A stretch of 64,000 nucleotides of DNA from Octopus sinensis. Its lineage: Eukaryota. The stretch lies in contig NW_021833757.1 in the NCBI RefSeq assembly GCF_006345805.1, positions 8,710 through 72,709 on the forward strand. The letters run 5' to 3'. The notes beneath the pieces were generated by a model, which ran no database searches, was not told where the DNA came from, and was given only the letters and a program-made list of their open reading frames with translations. Positions within the stretch are counted from its first letter, which is position 1; every line of letters begins with the position of its first letter. The position numbers and the translations under genes are program-made. This document shows positions 26,487 to 37,995 of the stretch, one piece after another.

Positions 26487-27385
26487 ATTATTATTATTAG
26501 AACCAAGATCACCGTCCAAAACATAAAACTAATTAATCAGGTGATCCCGGCTTCTTTGAGGAGGGTCCTCAACTTTGCCCGGTGCTCCTCCCTTGTCCCG
26601 GCACAATTTCTGTGAGGGCGCGGTGGTGGTGTTTTAGGCCCTGTAGCCCCGAGGTTTCTTCTCAAGATTTCATTAAATGGGGCGATGAGTAGAGGTTCGT
26701 TCGGTCCCTGCAGTGCTTTTCGGAAGCGATCTTGAGTTTTCTCGATTTTAGCGCGGTTCGTTCCATTGATAAACCCTCCCCACGCTTCACAAGCATAGCT
26801 AAGGGAGGGTTCGATGAATTGCCGGTATAAGGCTTGTCGTGCAGGGAAGCTGATACACTGTCTGCATTTACGAAGAAACACTTTCAAGATGTTCAGTTTC
26901 TTCATGCACCTCGTAGTAATATTATCGACTTGTTGAGAGAAACACATATGACTGTCGTAAGTCACCCCGAGGATTTTCTGAGATTTTTGAAACGGGATTT
27001 CCATGTTATTTAGGTACAGGTTCACCCGTTTTCCCAAGCTTCCTTGCTGAGGTCATAAGCGTGGTGACCGATTTTCCGGACTCGTTGATAGTCGGTTTAG
27101 CGAGAGCCAACTTTCGAGATTGTTAAGGTGGTTCTGCAGTTTTGTGCTCGCCGTGTTCACCTCACGGCTCCGGGTAGCAATTACGATATCGTCAGCGTAT
27201 GATAAAATGATTGAGTCTTTGTCGTTTGGTAGCGGTAGATCCGATAAGAATAAGTTGAACAAGGCTGGTGAAAGGGGGGAGCCTTGAGGGACCCCGTTTG
27301 GAAAGTATCGAGACATCGATCTTGTATTGTTTTGTTGGATTCTGTCTCTTCGGCCGTTGAGGAAGTTAGCTAGCCACATTTTCAG
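26487..27385 (-). mobile_element. Jockey-like LINE RT 3' half with (TAA)n tail
   Basis: GVPQGSPLSP, YADD, KILGV motifs; ends KLRTLLKEAGIT*, then a hairpin and (TAA)n. Confidence 0.88.
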
Positions 27386-27387
27386 TC

Positions 27388-30240
27388 TTGGGTGAATTCC
27401 ACGTCACTTTCCGGCCTCTCTCGTTGGGTGTGCTCTTCTTGCTCTTCATTTCCTCCTTCTTATTTAAATGATGGTCACCACTCCGTCTCTCCTCCCTCTC
27501 TTGACAATCCTTCAGATCCATTTTTATTGGACTCTGAATCGGTCCTTAAATTGGTTCATGATTATCGTGTTTCTTTCCGCATTCCCATCCGAATCCCAAA
27601 ATCAGCCCGTATTTCGGTGGCCCTAAACCTTTCTTCTTTAATTGAGTCTGCCATTTCCGATCCATCCATTCATAATTGGAATCGTTTGTTTTTTTCCCAA
27701 CTTTTGCGTTGGGCTCCCCTGTTCGTCGCCCCGGTGCCGGTGCCTCTTTTGTTTCTCTTTTGAAAAAGAATATGAGTCAGTTTATGACTGGCTCTTTCGC
27801 TCCGTCTCCCTCTCATTTACCTTCTACCGCTAAGCCCTCGTCGAAGGACGGTTCTAAACGTTTACGGTCTCGGATTAACTCCTGCTTAATGTCGCATGAT
27901 GTCAGCGCGGCTGTTCGTCTCTTGTCATCTTCTGATTCTGTCCGTACAATCACCCCCGATGTTGTTCGCATTCTCAAGGAAAAGCACCCTATTGGAAAAC
28001 CAGTAACTTTTGATGTGGCCCAATCGTCCTGTTTTCCCTTTTCTGTTTCTCCCAAACAACTTTTGGACGCCTTAAACTCCTTTAGGGGTAACAGTAGTGG
28101 AGGTATCGACGGTCTCCGTCCTATTCATTTGAGAGACTTAATTTCCGCCAATGGGGATACCGGGAATCGCCTCTTGAATGCTTGCACTAACTTGTGCAAT
28201 TTATTCCTGAGCGGCAAAATTTCTGACCATGCTAGAATTCTGTTCTTTTCCGCGAATCTTACGGCCTTGGGCAAGAAAGATGGCGGTATCAGGCCTATCG
28301 CTGTTGGAAATGTCTTTCGCCGTTTATTTGCGAAAGTCTGTTGCAAGTCCGTTATTCCTTCTATTGGCGAGCAACTGCAGCCCATTCAGTTGGGTGTGGG
28401 TGTTCCTGGCGGTTGCGAGTCTTCTGTCCATGCCTGTCGTTGTTTTATTCACGGTTCTACTCGTTCCAATATTCCCCTTGCCTTATTGAAACTGGATGTA
28501 ACTAATGCTTTCAATTCTCTGGACCGTGGTCATATGTTGGAGGTCTGTCAAGACCGTGTTCCACACTTGCTTCCCTTTATATCGCTTTCGTACTCATTTC
28601 CATCACTTTTAATCGCCGGTGGTTCTTTCATTTTTTCGTCCTGTGGCGTCCAACAGGGGGATCCTTTGGGCCCATTACTGTTTGCTCTTGCAGTGGATGC
28701 CATTGCCCGCGTTAATGAATCGCCCCTTAATCTTTGGTATCTCGACGATTGCACCCTGGGCGGTCCGCCTGATGTTTTGCTAAAGGACTTAGCCAGACTA
28801 ATTCCGGCTTTATCCGACATTGGTCTGGTTATTAATTCAAGCAAGTCCGAGATTGTCAATCTCTCTGTTGAACCATCCCTGTTTAAGAACTCCTTCTCTC
28901 TTTTTTGCAAACTCCTTCCTGAGTTGAGACAGACACCTCTGTCTGATCTGGAAATTCTGGGGTCACCGATTCTCACCGACTCAGCTACTCGAATCCTCCT
29001 TGCCAAGAAAAATCTTATTGCATCTCTTTGTGAAAAACTTTCTGTCATTGATCCTCATCCTTCATTTTACATCCTCAAGAACTATCTTTTGATCCCAAAA
29101 ATTGTTTATATCCTGAGGAGCTCACCTTGTTTTTATGCAACCCAAATGCTGGAATCTTATGATTCCTTGGTTCGGAGGTCTGCGGAGAAAATTCTCAATG
29201 TGCATTTCGACGATATTGCCTGGTGTCAAGCTAAACTTCCTGTGAGTCACGGGGGTCTGGGCCTCCGTTCTAGTATGGATTTGGCTCTTCCTGCCTTTCT
29301 TTCTTCGGCGTCTGGATCATATCTTCTTGTCCAAAAGATTCTGGAAAAAACTACTGAATCATCGTTGGACTCTGATATTGATTCAGCCCTCGCTTTTTGG
29401 AAAGGCAATTTCTCTGAGGTCCCTTCCGATGTCTCTTCTCAGCGAGACTGGGACAAAATTCTCTGCCGTCGTTCTTCTACTGACTTGGAACCACTCCTCG
29501 ACCAACACAGACTGGCTTGTTTCCGATCCGCCTGTCAGCCATACTCAGGCTCCTGGCTGAATGTTCTCCCTTCTCCGCTTTTGGATACTGTCCTCGATAG
29601 GGATTCACTCCGTCTGGGTATCTGTAATCGCCTTGGACTCCCTGTCTGCAGACCTCATCCATGTCGTTGTGGGGATAAAGTTGACGCCTTTGGGCTACAT
29701 CCTCTGTCTTGTCGAATGAACGCCGGCCGATTTCCTCGGCACACCGAAATCAACAGTCTAATTCAGAAAGCTCTGGAAAGAGCTGGTTTCCCTTGTATTC
29801 TGGAACCGACGGGCCTTGTTCTTGATGATGCAAAACGTCCGGACGGCTGTACGCTGTTCGCTTTTGAATCCGGGAAACAGCTCGTTTGGGACGTCACCTG
29901 TTCCGACTCCTTCGTCAAGGGTGCCTTAAATGCTACGGCTTGTCGTCCCGGCTCGTCGGCCGAGAAGGCCGAATTTGCAAAACTATCGAAATATGTTGAT
30001 TTACTCGATCGATTTTGCTTTTGGGCAATTGCTGTCGAAACCTCCTGTGTTTTTGGGGCCAAGACGCTTGCCCATCTCAAGAAACTTGGCCGCTTGTGCA
30101 CCCACCGCTCCAGAGATCCGAGGGAATTTATATTCCTCATTCAGAGGATCTCGCTGGCTGTTTTACGCGGGAATTGTCTTTCAATCCTGCGAGCCAGTTC
30201 ATAATAGGTAGTTTTTTTTTTGTTGTTTTCGTTAATAAAC
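27388..30240 (+). mobile_element. Near-complete CRE-like retroelement (RT + CCHC + RLE)
   Basis: 842-aa ORF with RPIAVG, LDVTNAFNS, GVQQGDPLGP, YLDD, RPDG, WDVT; upstream frame (WVCSSC, RIPKSAR) is joined by one shift at a T-run near 27690. Confidence 0.95.
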
Positions 30241-30399
30241 AATTCAGTTCAGACTTGTTTGAGGATTGTCTTTGAAATGAGACTTTTTTGTTTTTTTTCG
30301 AAAAAGAGTGTTTTTTAACTGTAATTTATTGAAAATGTATTTGGTAGTAGAAATTGATGGTAAAGTTGAGTTAATGCACGTTCGCCTTGCCAGTAAACA

Positions 30400-30850
30400 A
30401 AGTTTATGGTTTCGCTTGTGCCATGTTTTTAACTATTTTTGTCGTTAGCCCTTTTCATCCTTTCCGTCGTCTTGCCCTCTTTCCGATTTCGTCCAGATCG
30501 TCTGCATCCTTCAATGTTCCCCAAGTACCTGCGTTGTACATCAGGACAGATCGGACAAATGCATCATATAATCGTAGGCGCATCTTAGTCGAAATTTGAT
30601 TTTTTCTCATTCAGATAGATTGAAGTTTTTTAAGTGCAATTGTTGATAATATTTTTTGTCTGGTAATATCTTCGGAATCGCCAAGAAGAGATCCGAGTTT
30701 TCGGACGTTTCGCCACTTCTCATCTATGCGAGTTGGCATACGTTCGATGGTAATTATTTCGGTTTTCTCTTCGTTGACTTTGAGTGACCATTTATCGAAA
30801 ATTGTTCTTGCTTTCTCCATAATAATTTCTATTAATTTCGGATCCTCAAC
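30400..30850 (-). mobile_element. RTE-like LINE 3' fragment
   Basis: WSLKVNEEKTE, KLGSLLG, RLYDAFV..VLMYN motifs; also present at 63690..64000. Confidence 0.75.
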
Positions 30851-31027
30851 GACGAATGCAAATGTTCATTTGGTACTGTTGCATTTCATCCTGCACGAAA
30901 ATAGCCTCTAAATGAATTAATGAAAATTTTTATGAATATTAGATCGAAAATTTAAAAAATTGCACTATGCCGAATTTGTAAATTTTATTCTAATTTTTTT
31001 TAAAAAATTTGAATTTTTTACCGGCTT

Positions 31028-31980
31028 GTGGAGATGAATGATACAGTTGTCATGCGAAAATTTGCTGAAGGACTATGAACTTCCCCGTACTGAAATGGAG
31101 TCAGTTGCCTTCCTTCAAGAGGTTGGAATCTTTCGTAAAGAAAAAAATGTCAAAACAGACATTTTATTACCCTTCTCCAACAGCAGGAGAATACAACATG
31201 GGTGTGTTATAAAAGTGGGTGTCGAACATATAGTTCTATTAGAAACGGTATAAGAGAGTACTTTATTTTTAGGTACGTGGCTCGAAGGCACGAAAGTGAG
31301 CTTACAGTCATGCTTTATGTACATGTGGAGTTTCGACAGTATTTTGTGGTGTCGGCGTCAACTGGAATGGAGCAGCCATACAATTCGTAATTGGTCTCAC
31401 TCCCAGGTTTGCGCATATTATTTAGCAAATCGTCCGAACACACTGATTGGTATTAGTGTTCCATTGTTAGGTAGTATTGGCAAAGTTGTCCAAGTTGACG
31501 AATGCATGTTATCTAAACGGAAAAACATGTTTTCTCCCTCAACAATGGGTGTTTGGGGGAATCTGTCGTGGAAGTAAAGACTGTTTCATCAAGATGGTTC
31601 CAGATCGCTCCAAAAGAACTCTAACCGCCGCAATACAGGAAAATATCGCACCGGGATCAGTGATACACACTGACAAATGGAAGGGTAATTCTACTATATT
31701 CTTGCTAATAGGTTATTCAACGCCAGATCTCAATGCTCTTGCTTATGTGCACCTTACAGTTGGCCATAATTCGTTTATAAATTTGCAGACGAAATTTTGT
31801 AGATCCGAGCACAGGTGCACAGAATGTTGAGAGGTTCAGATAATAATTATGAAAATATAGAATGTGGGGGTGCGCAAAATGGCGCAATAAGAGACAAAGG
31901 GGGACGTCACTTCATGGGTGCATATTTGCAGGTATTAAATACTCTTAATACATTTATAGAATTTTTATGGAGAAGGCAAA
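31028..31980 (+). mobile_element. Merlin (ISXO2) transposase, copy 2, six tiny introns
   Basis: GT-AG introns at 31248..31272, 31450..31470, 31685..31711, 31759..31788, 31834..31860 and 31932..31959 restore SIRNGTW, IG.IGKVVQVDE, WKGY, RNFVDP, ERMWG and AEFLWRR. Confidence 0.9.
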
Positions 31981-33255
31981 ATATTTTCATCAGTGTACAG
32001 CCTGTCCTACAAGTAGAGAACTAACCTAATAGTAGTGACTTGATCATTCTCCCCGGCTACATCGACTTTGCGGCAGACCAAGTGGTATGTCTAAAGTGTC
32101 ATTTCAGAACTTGAAAACCAATTTAATCAAAAAATAGTCCTAAATTGCCCATTCGTATCAACCCCAATGGACACGGTGACAGAGTCCCGAATGGCAATCG
32201 CCATGGCGTATTGACTGACCGACATTGGTAGTTGGAGGGGGGCATAGGCATAATCCACAACAACTGTCTGCCCGAGGAACAAGCCAGTCATGTCCGACTA
32301 GTCAAATCCTCCAAACAGGGCTTCATTATGAACCCAGTTGTCGTCTCCCCCAGCACTACTGTGGCAGATTACAAAATCCTGGTCAATAAACATGGCTTTT
32401 CTGGCTTCCCGGTGACACTTAATGGACGGTTGTTGGGCCTGGTGACTCAACGGGACATTGATTTGTGCTGTGTGTCCGACCAGACAAGGATGGAAGTGGT
32501 TTGCCTCGACTTGTCACTGCAGGTGATGACCCCCGGAGAGTCATTGGTCACTTCTAACGATGGGATCAACTTCCAAGACGCCTACAAGACCCTCCGAAAT
32601 GTAAAGAAAGGGAAACTCCCAATCGTCGACAAAGTGGACTGTCTGGTTGCACTGGTCGGGATCTATTTGTATCACTCAGGAGGTCAGTCACCCACTAATC
32701 CCCCAGTCATGGCTGTTGGTCGAGGACAGGCCAGTGCTGTGTACCACGTCAGTCAGTTGGCCAGACAATTCGGAGTGCCAGTCATTGCCGATGGGGGAGT
32801 CCAGTCCCCGGGACACATCGCCAAGGCAATTGCCCTGGGAGCCTCCACAGGTACCCCATTCAGCTACATGCACTAGTCATGATGGGATCCATGTTTGCTG
32901 CCACCTCCGAATCCCCCATCGAGTCTGCCCTCATCAACGACGTCAAAGTGAGGCCTTATCGCGGAATGGGGTCACTCGACGCCATGGAGTTGACCAAGGA
33001 TGTCCAGGCTCGATATTTATGGTTGGGGTATTACTCATCTTAGCCACGGGTCCTCCATTCAAGTGGCTCAGGGGGTTTCCGGCACAGTCCTCGACAAGGG
33101 ATCCGCCCATCTATTCCTCAAATATCTTTCACAGAGTTTAAAGCAGAGTCTTCAGGACATGGGAGGACTGTCCATTATACATTTTCCTTCTTACTGACGA
33201 GATCACTCGCCTCGAAGGAACACCTCACTATTCGGGAGATAATTTCTTAGTTGAG
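31981..33255 (+). pseudogene. IMPDH: IMP dehydrogenase pseudogene, copy 2, seven tiny introns
   Basis: Introns at 32013..32035, 32085..32107, 32208..32231, 32499..32522, 32683..32706, 32851..32876 and 33022..33043; deletion junction near 32655; no start codon. Confidence 0.93.
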
Positions 33256-33680
33256 AATATAAATATTTTAATTAATTAGGATGATGAATATTAATAATAC
33301 ACAAAGAATGGTCATATTTGTGTCATTTCCTGATATCTCAGCATATCACGTTGTCCCCACATTTGACTCATTGCAAGCTTGTATAAATAATATAAGAATT
33401 ACTCAGTCGGCACATAGCCTTGGTTTTCTGGTGGTTTTAGCAATACTGATGATGAAGTTCCTTTGGAATACACTAATACACTATGTTCGGGTATCTTGGA
33501 CCAAGTCGCTAACTTAAATGCGTAGGAAGGTTTGAATAAAAATTTAGGCAAAAAATTGTACTTTGGAAAAAATCGAATTGACGGACAAAGAATTTAATAA
33601 CGGAAATGGCTAAATTAATTACACATTGAATATTAGTGGTAGAAGAAAGAATGTTAATATTTGTGTCATTTCTTAATATC

Positions 33681-36600
33681 TAGGGCAATTTAAGTGCTAA
33701 AATGCTATTTTTACTTTTTATTTATTTAATATAAAATTGAATTTGGAATAATTATTTTTTAATTGTTAAAAAAACATACATTATAAATGCTATAAATGCT
33801 ATTTTTAATTTAAATGCTAATTTTTTTAATGCTAATTTAAATTGCATTAAAATTTTTTTAATGCCACCCATAAAATGATAATAAATTAATTTAAATAAAA
33901 TAATTTAGCACGCTATATAGTATTTTGAGTGATGCCAAAACCCAAGTGTTCGTTGCTTAAGAAAGCCAAGCGTATAGTCTCAGAATTCAAAGATGAGTTC
34001 TGTATTGCTGACGATGGCCTTCTATTTTGTTCTCTTTGTTTATCCAAAGTCAACTGTGCAAAAACATTTTCAGTCGATTCTCATCGTTCTTCTTTAAAAC
34101 ATCAGAACAATATGCGTATAAATGTAATACAATTGTAGGTCATTCATGTGATTCAGTTCAAACAACATTAACTGAATCAATCAAAGTAGATTCGGTTAAA
34201 GAAACGATCACGGAAGCTTTTGTATAAGCAAACATCCCGCTATACAAATTAAAAAATGATTCGATCAAAAAAATGTTTAAAACATTTAACATTAACACTC
34301 CGTCCGAATTTTCATGCAGAACTACGGTTAAATTTCTTGCACAAAAAAGATAAATGAGTTGGAAAAATGATTAACGTTAAAGTTTATTTTTTAACTTTAG
34401 AAACGAAAAGATTTTTATAATAATTGATGAAACAGATATCCGAAGGAAAAGTTTGTAGTGATTCTAATTGGAAGCATTCGCTTTCCAACAAAATCCTATT
34501 TGGTTGAATGCAAACCACTGGAAAATCATGCCAATGTTGCTATCATCTGCCAAATAATAGATGACGTCATTAGAAAAATGAAGATTATTCGTGACAATTT
34601 TTATCTGTAATCTCAGATGCCGCTCCTTATATGATTTCTGGTGATATAAAAGTAAAAAACAGCTGTTCTTCTTGTGGTGAGGTGAGTGAGCGAAATATAA
34701 TGAAAGAAGAAGACTCCAAGACGATGGAAACTCTTCGGATAGTTGGGAGGGATCCCTCTATCTGTTATGGGTGTAATAAGATCAACACCAGGAAATGTGG
34801 CGTTTACTGCTCAATGTGTAATAAATTCTGGCATATTAGCTGCGCGCACCTTACCAAAGCCGCAGTGAAATTACTCCGGCGCTGGAGCTGCCACTGTTGT
34901 ATGGCTTTACTCCGAATCTCGGCTTCGCAGCATCAGTCTCCTTCGCTTCATGAACCCAAATCAGAACACTATATTCTCAAAATTTCCAACTTACGGAAAT
35001 CTAAGAAGATACCTTTACGTATCCCTAAACAGGCTCGGATCTCAGCGGCAAACTGCTTGTGCGATCTTATCACTGATGCGCTAAGCTCCGGGGGGGACCA
35101 TTCTTGGATCCGTCTCCTCTCTTTTGCACCTTGTGTGTTTGGACAAGCAATTGATGGTTCAGTACAAAAGAAGAGTCTCTCGGCTGCCATTAAGTCGAAC
35201 TCTGCGAGATTGGATGTCTCATGGATTGATTTCGATTGTGAAGCGACCAATTTCCAAACGTGCATCACGGAAAAATCCCCCCAGTGGTTCAAAACCCAAG
35301 TTAGTCGTAAACTCATGGATGGCGACATCCGTGCGGCAGTTCGGGTCCTTTCGTCCGCTGATTCACTTGCTGAATCTACTGCCGAGACTTTGGAACACCT
35401 CAAAAACAAACATCCGATGCCCCCAGATGACTTACGGGAGTTTCCCACACGAGACAATGCAATTATACTGTCAATTTCTGATGATGAAATTTTGGAAGGG
35501 ATTAAATCTTTCAGACCGAGTAGCAGTGGGGGATTTGATGGTCTCCGGCCGAGTCATATAAAGGACATGATTTCCCGATTGACTATGGAGACTGGAATCC
35601 GCCTGATCAAGTGTATTACCAAGCTTGTCGAACGGATTGTCAATGCTGAGATTTCAGGCTTTGCAAGGGATCTACTTTTCTGTTCACACCTTATTGCTTT
35701 CCGAAAGAACGATGGAGGAGTCCGCCCCATTGCAGTCGGTAATGTCTTCCGGAGGCTCGCATGCAAAATTGCAGCCCGAAGAGTCTGTCCCCGTGTTGCC
35801 GCTGAATTATCTCCAGTCCAACTGGGAGTTGGTGTTTCCAACGGATGTGAAGCTGCTGTCCACGCGACAAGAGCTTTTTTTTCACCTGACACAAGACATT
35901 CCCCAAATTCCTTTGCGGTGAAGCTGGATATCTCAAACGCGTTCAACAGTCTGAGAAGGGACTGTATGGAATCGTGCTCGCAGCGTACCCCAGAGATCAT
36001 GAGTCTGGCTCACCTTGCTTACGGGTCCGAAAGTTCGCTTGTCTTTGACAAACACATTGTCCGTTCACGGACTGGAGTCCAACAAGGTGACCCTCTTGGC
36101 CCTTACTATTCGCTCTGTCAATCGACGAGGTGGCTCGTAATGTAAAGACACCTCTCAACCTTTGGTACCTTGACGATGCCACTATTGGTGGCCCTGTTGA
36201 TGTCGTCTTGGATGAGTTATATAAAATTGTTCCTGCCCTGGCAAAAATGGGGCTGATAATCAACACCAAAAAACTGAGATCATAAATATCTCAGTCCCAA
36301 TTCAAGACTTTGGCTTAGTAATGGAAAAGATTTCAGAAATCTTGCCAGACACAAAACAAACACGCCTCAACGATGTTTATTTTCTTGGGTGTCCTTTCGG
36401 AGAGTCCGAAGTGCAAAACCACCTCAGAGCTAAGAGTGTCGAAATGTCCCGTTTTACTGAACGCCTCTCTCTACTCGACTCCCACACGGCCTTTTTCCTC
36501 CTCAAAAATTGCATCCACGTGCCCAAACTGTTATATTTATTGAGATGCTCGCCCTGCTTTATACAAGATGAAATATTGCATTCTATCGATGATACGTTAA

Positions 36601-37995
36601 GATTGTGTGCCGAGTGGATCCTAAATGTCCGTTTCGATAATGATGGGTGGACCCAGTGTAAACTACCTCTTAATTCTGGCGGAGCTGGCCTAAGATCCGC
36701 CCTGGACCTTGCCCTCCCAGCTTTCCTGTCCTCTCACTCATCCTGCCGAAGGCTATCCTTGGAGATTCTACATAAATCCCCCGAATCTTCTTGGACAGGC
36801 CTTTTGAAGATGGATGTATGCTGTGGAAGGAATCAGGATTAAAATTCCCGATCCAACATCACTCCAACAGAGCTGGGACAAATTACGCTGCGAATTCACC
36901 GCAGACAACCTGGCAATGAGGCTCGACCAGCACCGCCTCGCCTGCTTACGCTCTGCAGCTGTGCCACACAGTGGGTCATGGCTGAATGCTATGCCAATTG
37001 CTGGCCTCGGAACATTATTAGAGGATGACTGCATGCGTATCGGTACTGCACTGAGACTCGGACTTGACATCTGCGAACAACATCGTTGTAGATGTGGAAA
37101 AATGGTTGACGTCAAAGGTGTACACCCACTCTCTTGCAAACGAAGTGCTGGCCGAGCTCCTCGGCACTCCGCTATTAACAATGTTATCTTAAGAGCTCTT
37201 GAGTCGGCGGGCTTCCCCTCGATCCTAGAGCCAGTGGGCTTAGATCGTGGAGATGGGAAAAGACCCGATGGAATGACCACTTTTCCCTACTCCTGTGGAA
37301 AATCGTTGGTTTGGGATTCAACGTGTGTTGACACCCATTCCAAAACTAATATGATCTCTTCTGCTGTTTCTCCAGGTTCTGCAGCAGATGCTGCAGAGCA
37401 AAGAAAAATTGCCAAATACGCAAATCTTGGACAACGGTACCGCTTCGTACCTATCGCTGTGGAGACTTCTGGGGTAACCGGCCCTCTTACGACTTCTTTC
37501 ATCAGAGAAGTCGGAGGAAAAGTTGCTAGGCGACGTGGGAGCCTCGAGAAGTGTCATGGTTATTCCAACAAATTGGAATAGCTGTCGTTCGCGGCAATGC
37601 ACACTCCATCATGCGTGCAACCGCAAGTGCCTTTTAATCATTGACTAACTTATTTCAAAATTAAAAAAAAAAAAAAAAAAAAAATATAAAAGTATTAAAT
37701 AAATAGGCGATAAAACTTTAAGGGTCATGTATAACAACGGCATCATTTGACTTAGTTTTCTAATGTTACACAATACGGTTTACGTATAAAGTCTGCATAT
37801 TCCGGAAAAGATGGCCTAATTGCAAGCATTAAAGCTGCCACAGTAAAAAACCGAAGACGGTCGTAATTTGTTCAAGGATGTTGGATACCCACCTGATGTC
37901 GTAATTACTAGGTATTCTTTTTCTTAATTTATGCAGATGGGGAAGTTGGGTTAAAGCAGCGAAATATTATTTCACGAATTTTGAAAAAATTTGTG
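33681..37995 (+). mobile_element. hAT transposon, copy 2, interrupted by CRE
   Basis: TAGGG terminus at 33681; introns at 34116..34138 and 37912..37936; same sequence as 650..1939. Confidence 0.82.
34655..37683 (+). mobile_element. Young, probably full-length CRE-like element (PHD + RT + CCHC + RLE)
   Basis: 11-bp TSD ATATAAAAGTA (34644..34654 and 37684..37694), long pure poly(A), empty site at ~956..966; a few frameshifts. Confidence 0.96.

Noticed and set aside
31028-33255. Bacterial IS1595 plus guaB horizontally acquired
   Set aside because: Both carry GT-AG introns, and the IMPDH motifs are of the eukaryotic type.
19560-37602. Many 60-170-aa antisense or alternate-frame ORFs over RT genes
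   Set aside because: Shadow ORFs of GC-richer retroelement coding sequence with no recognisable motifs.
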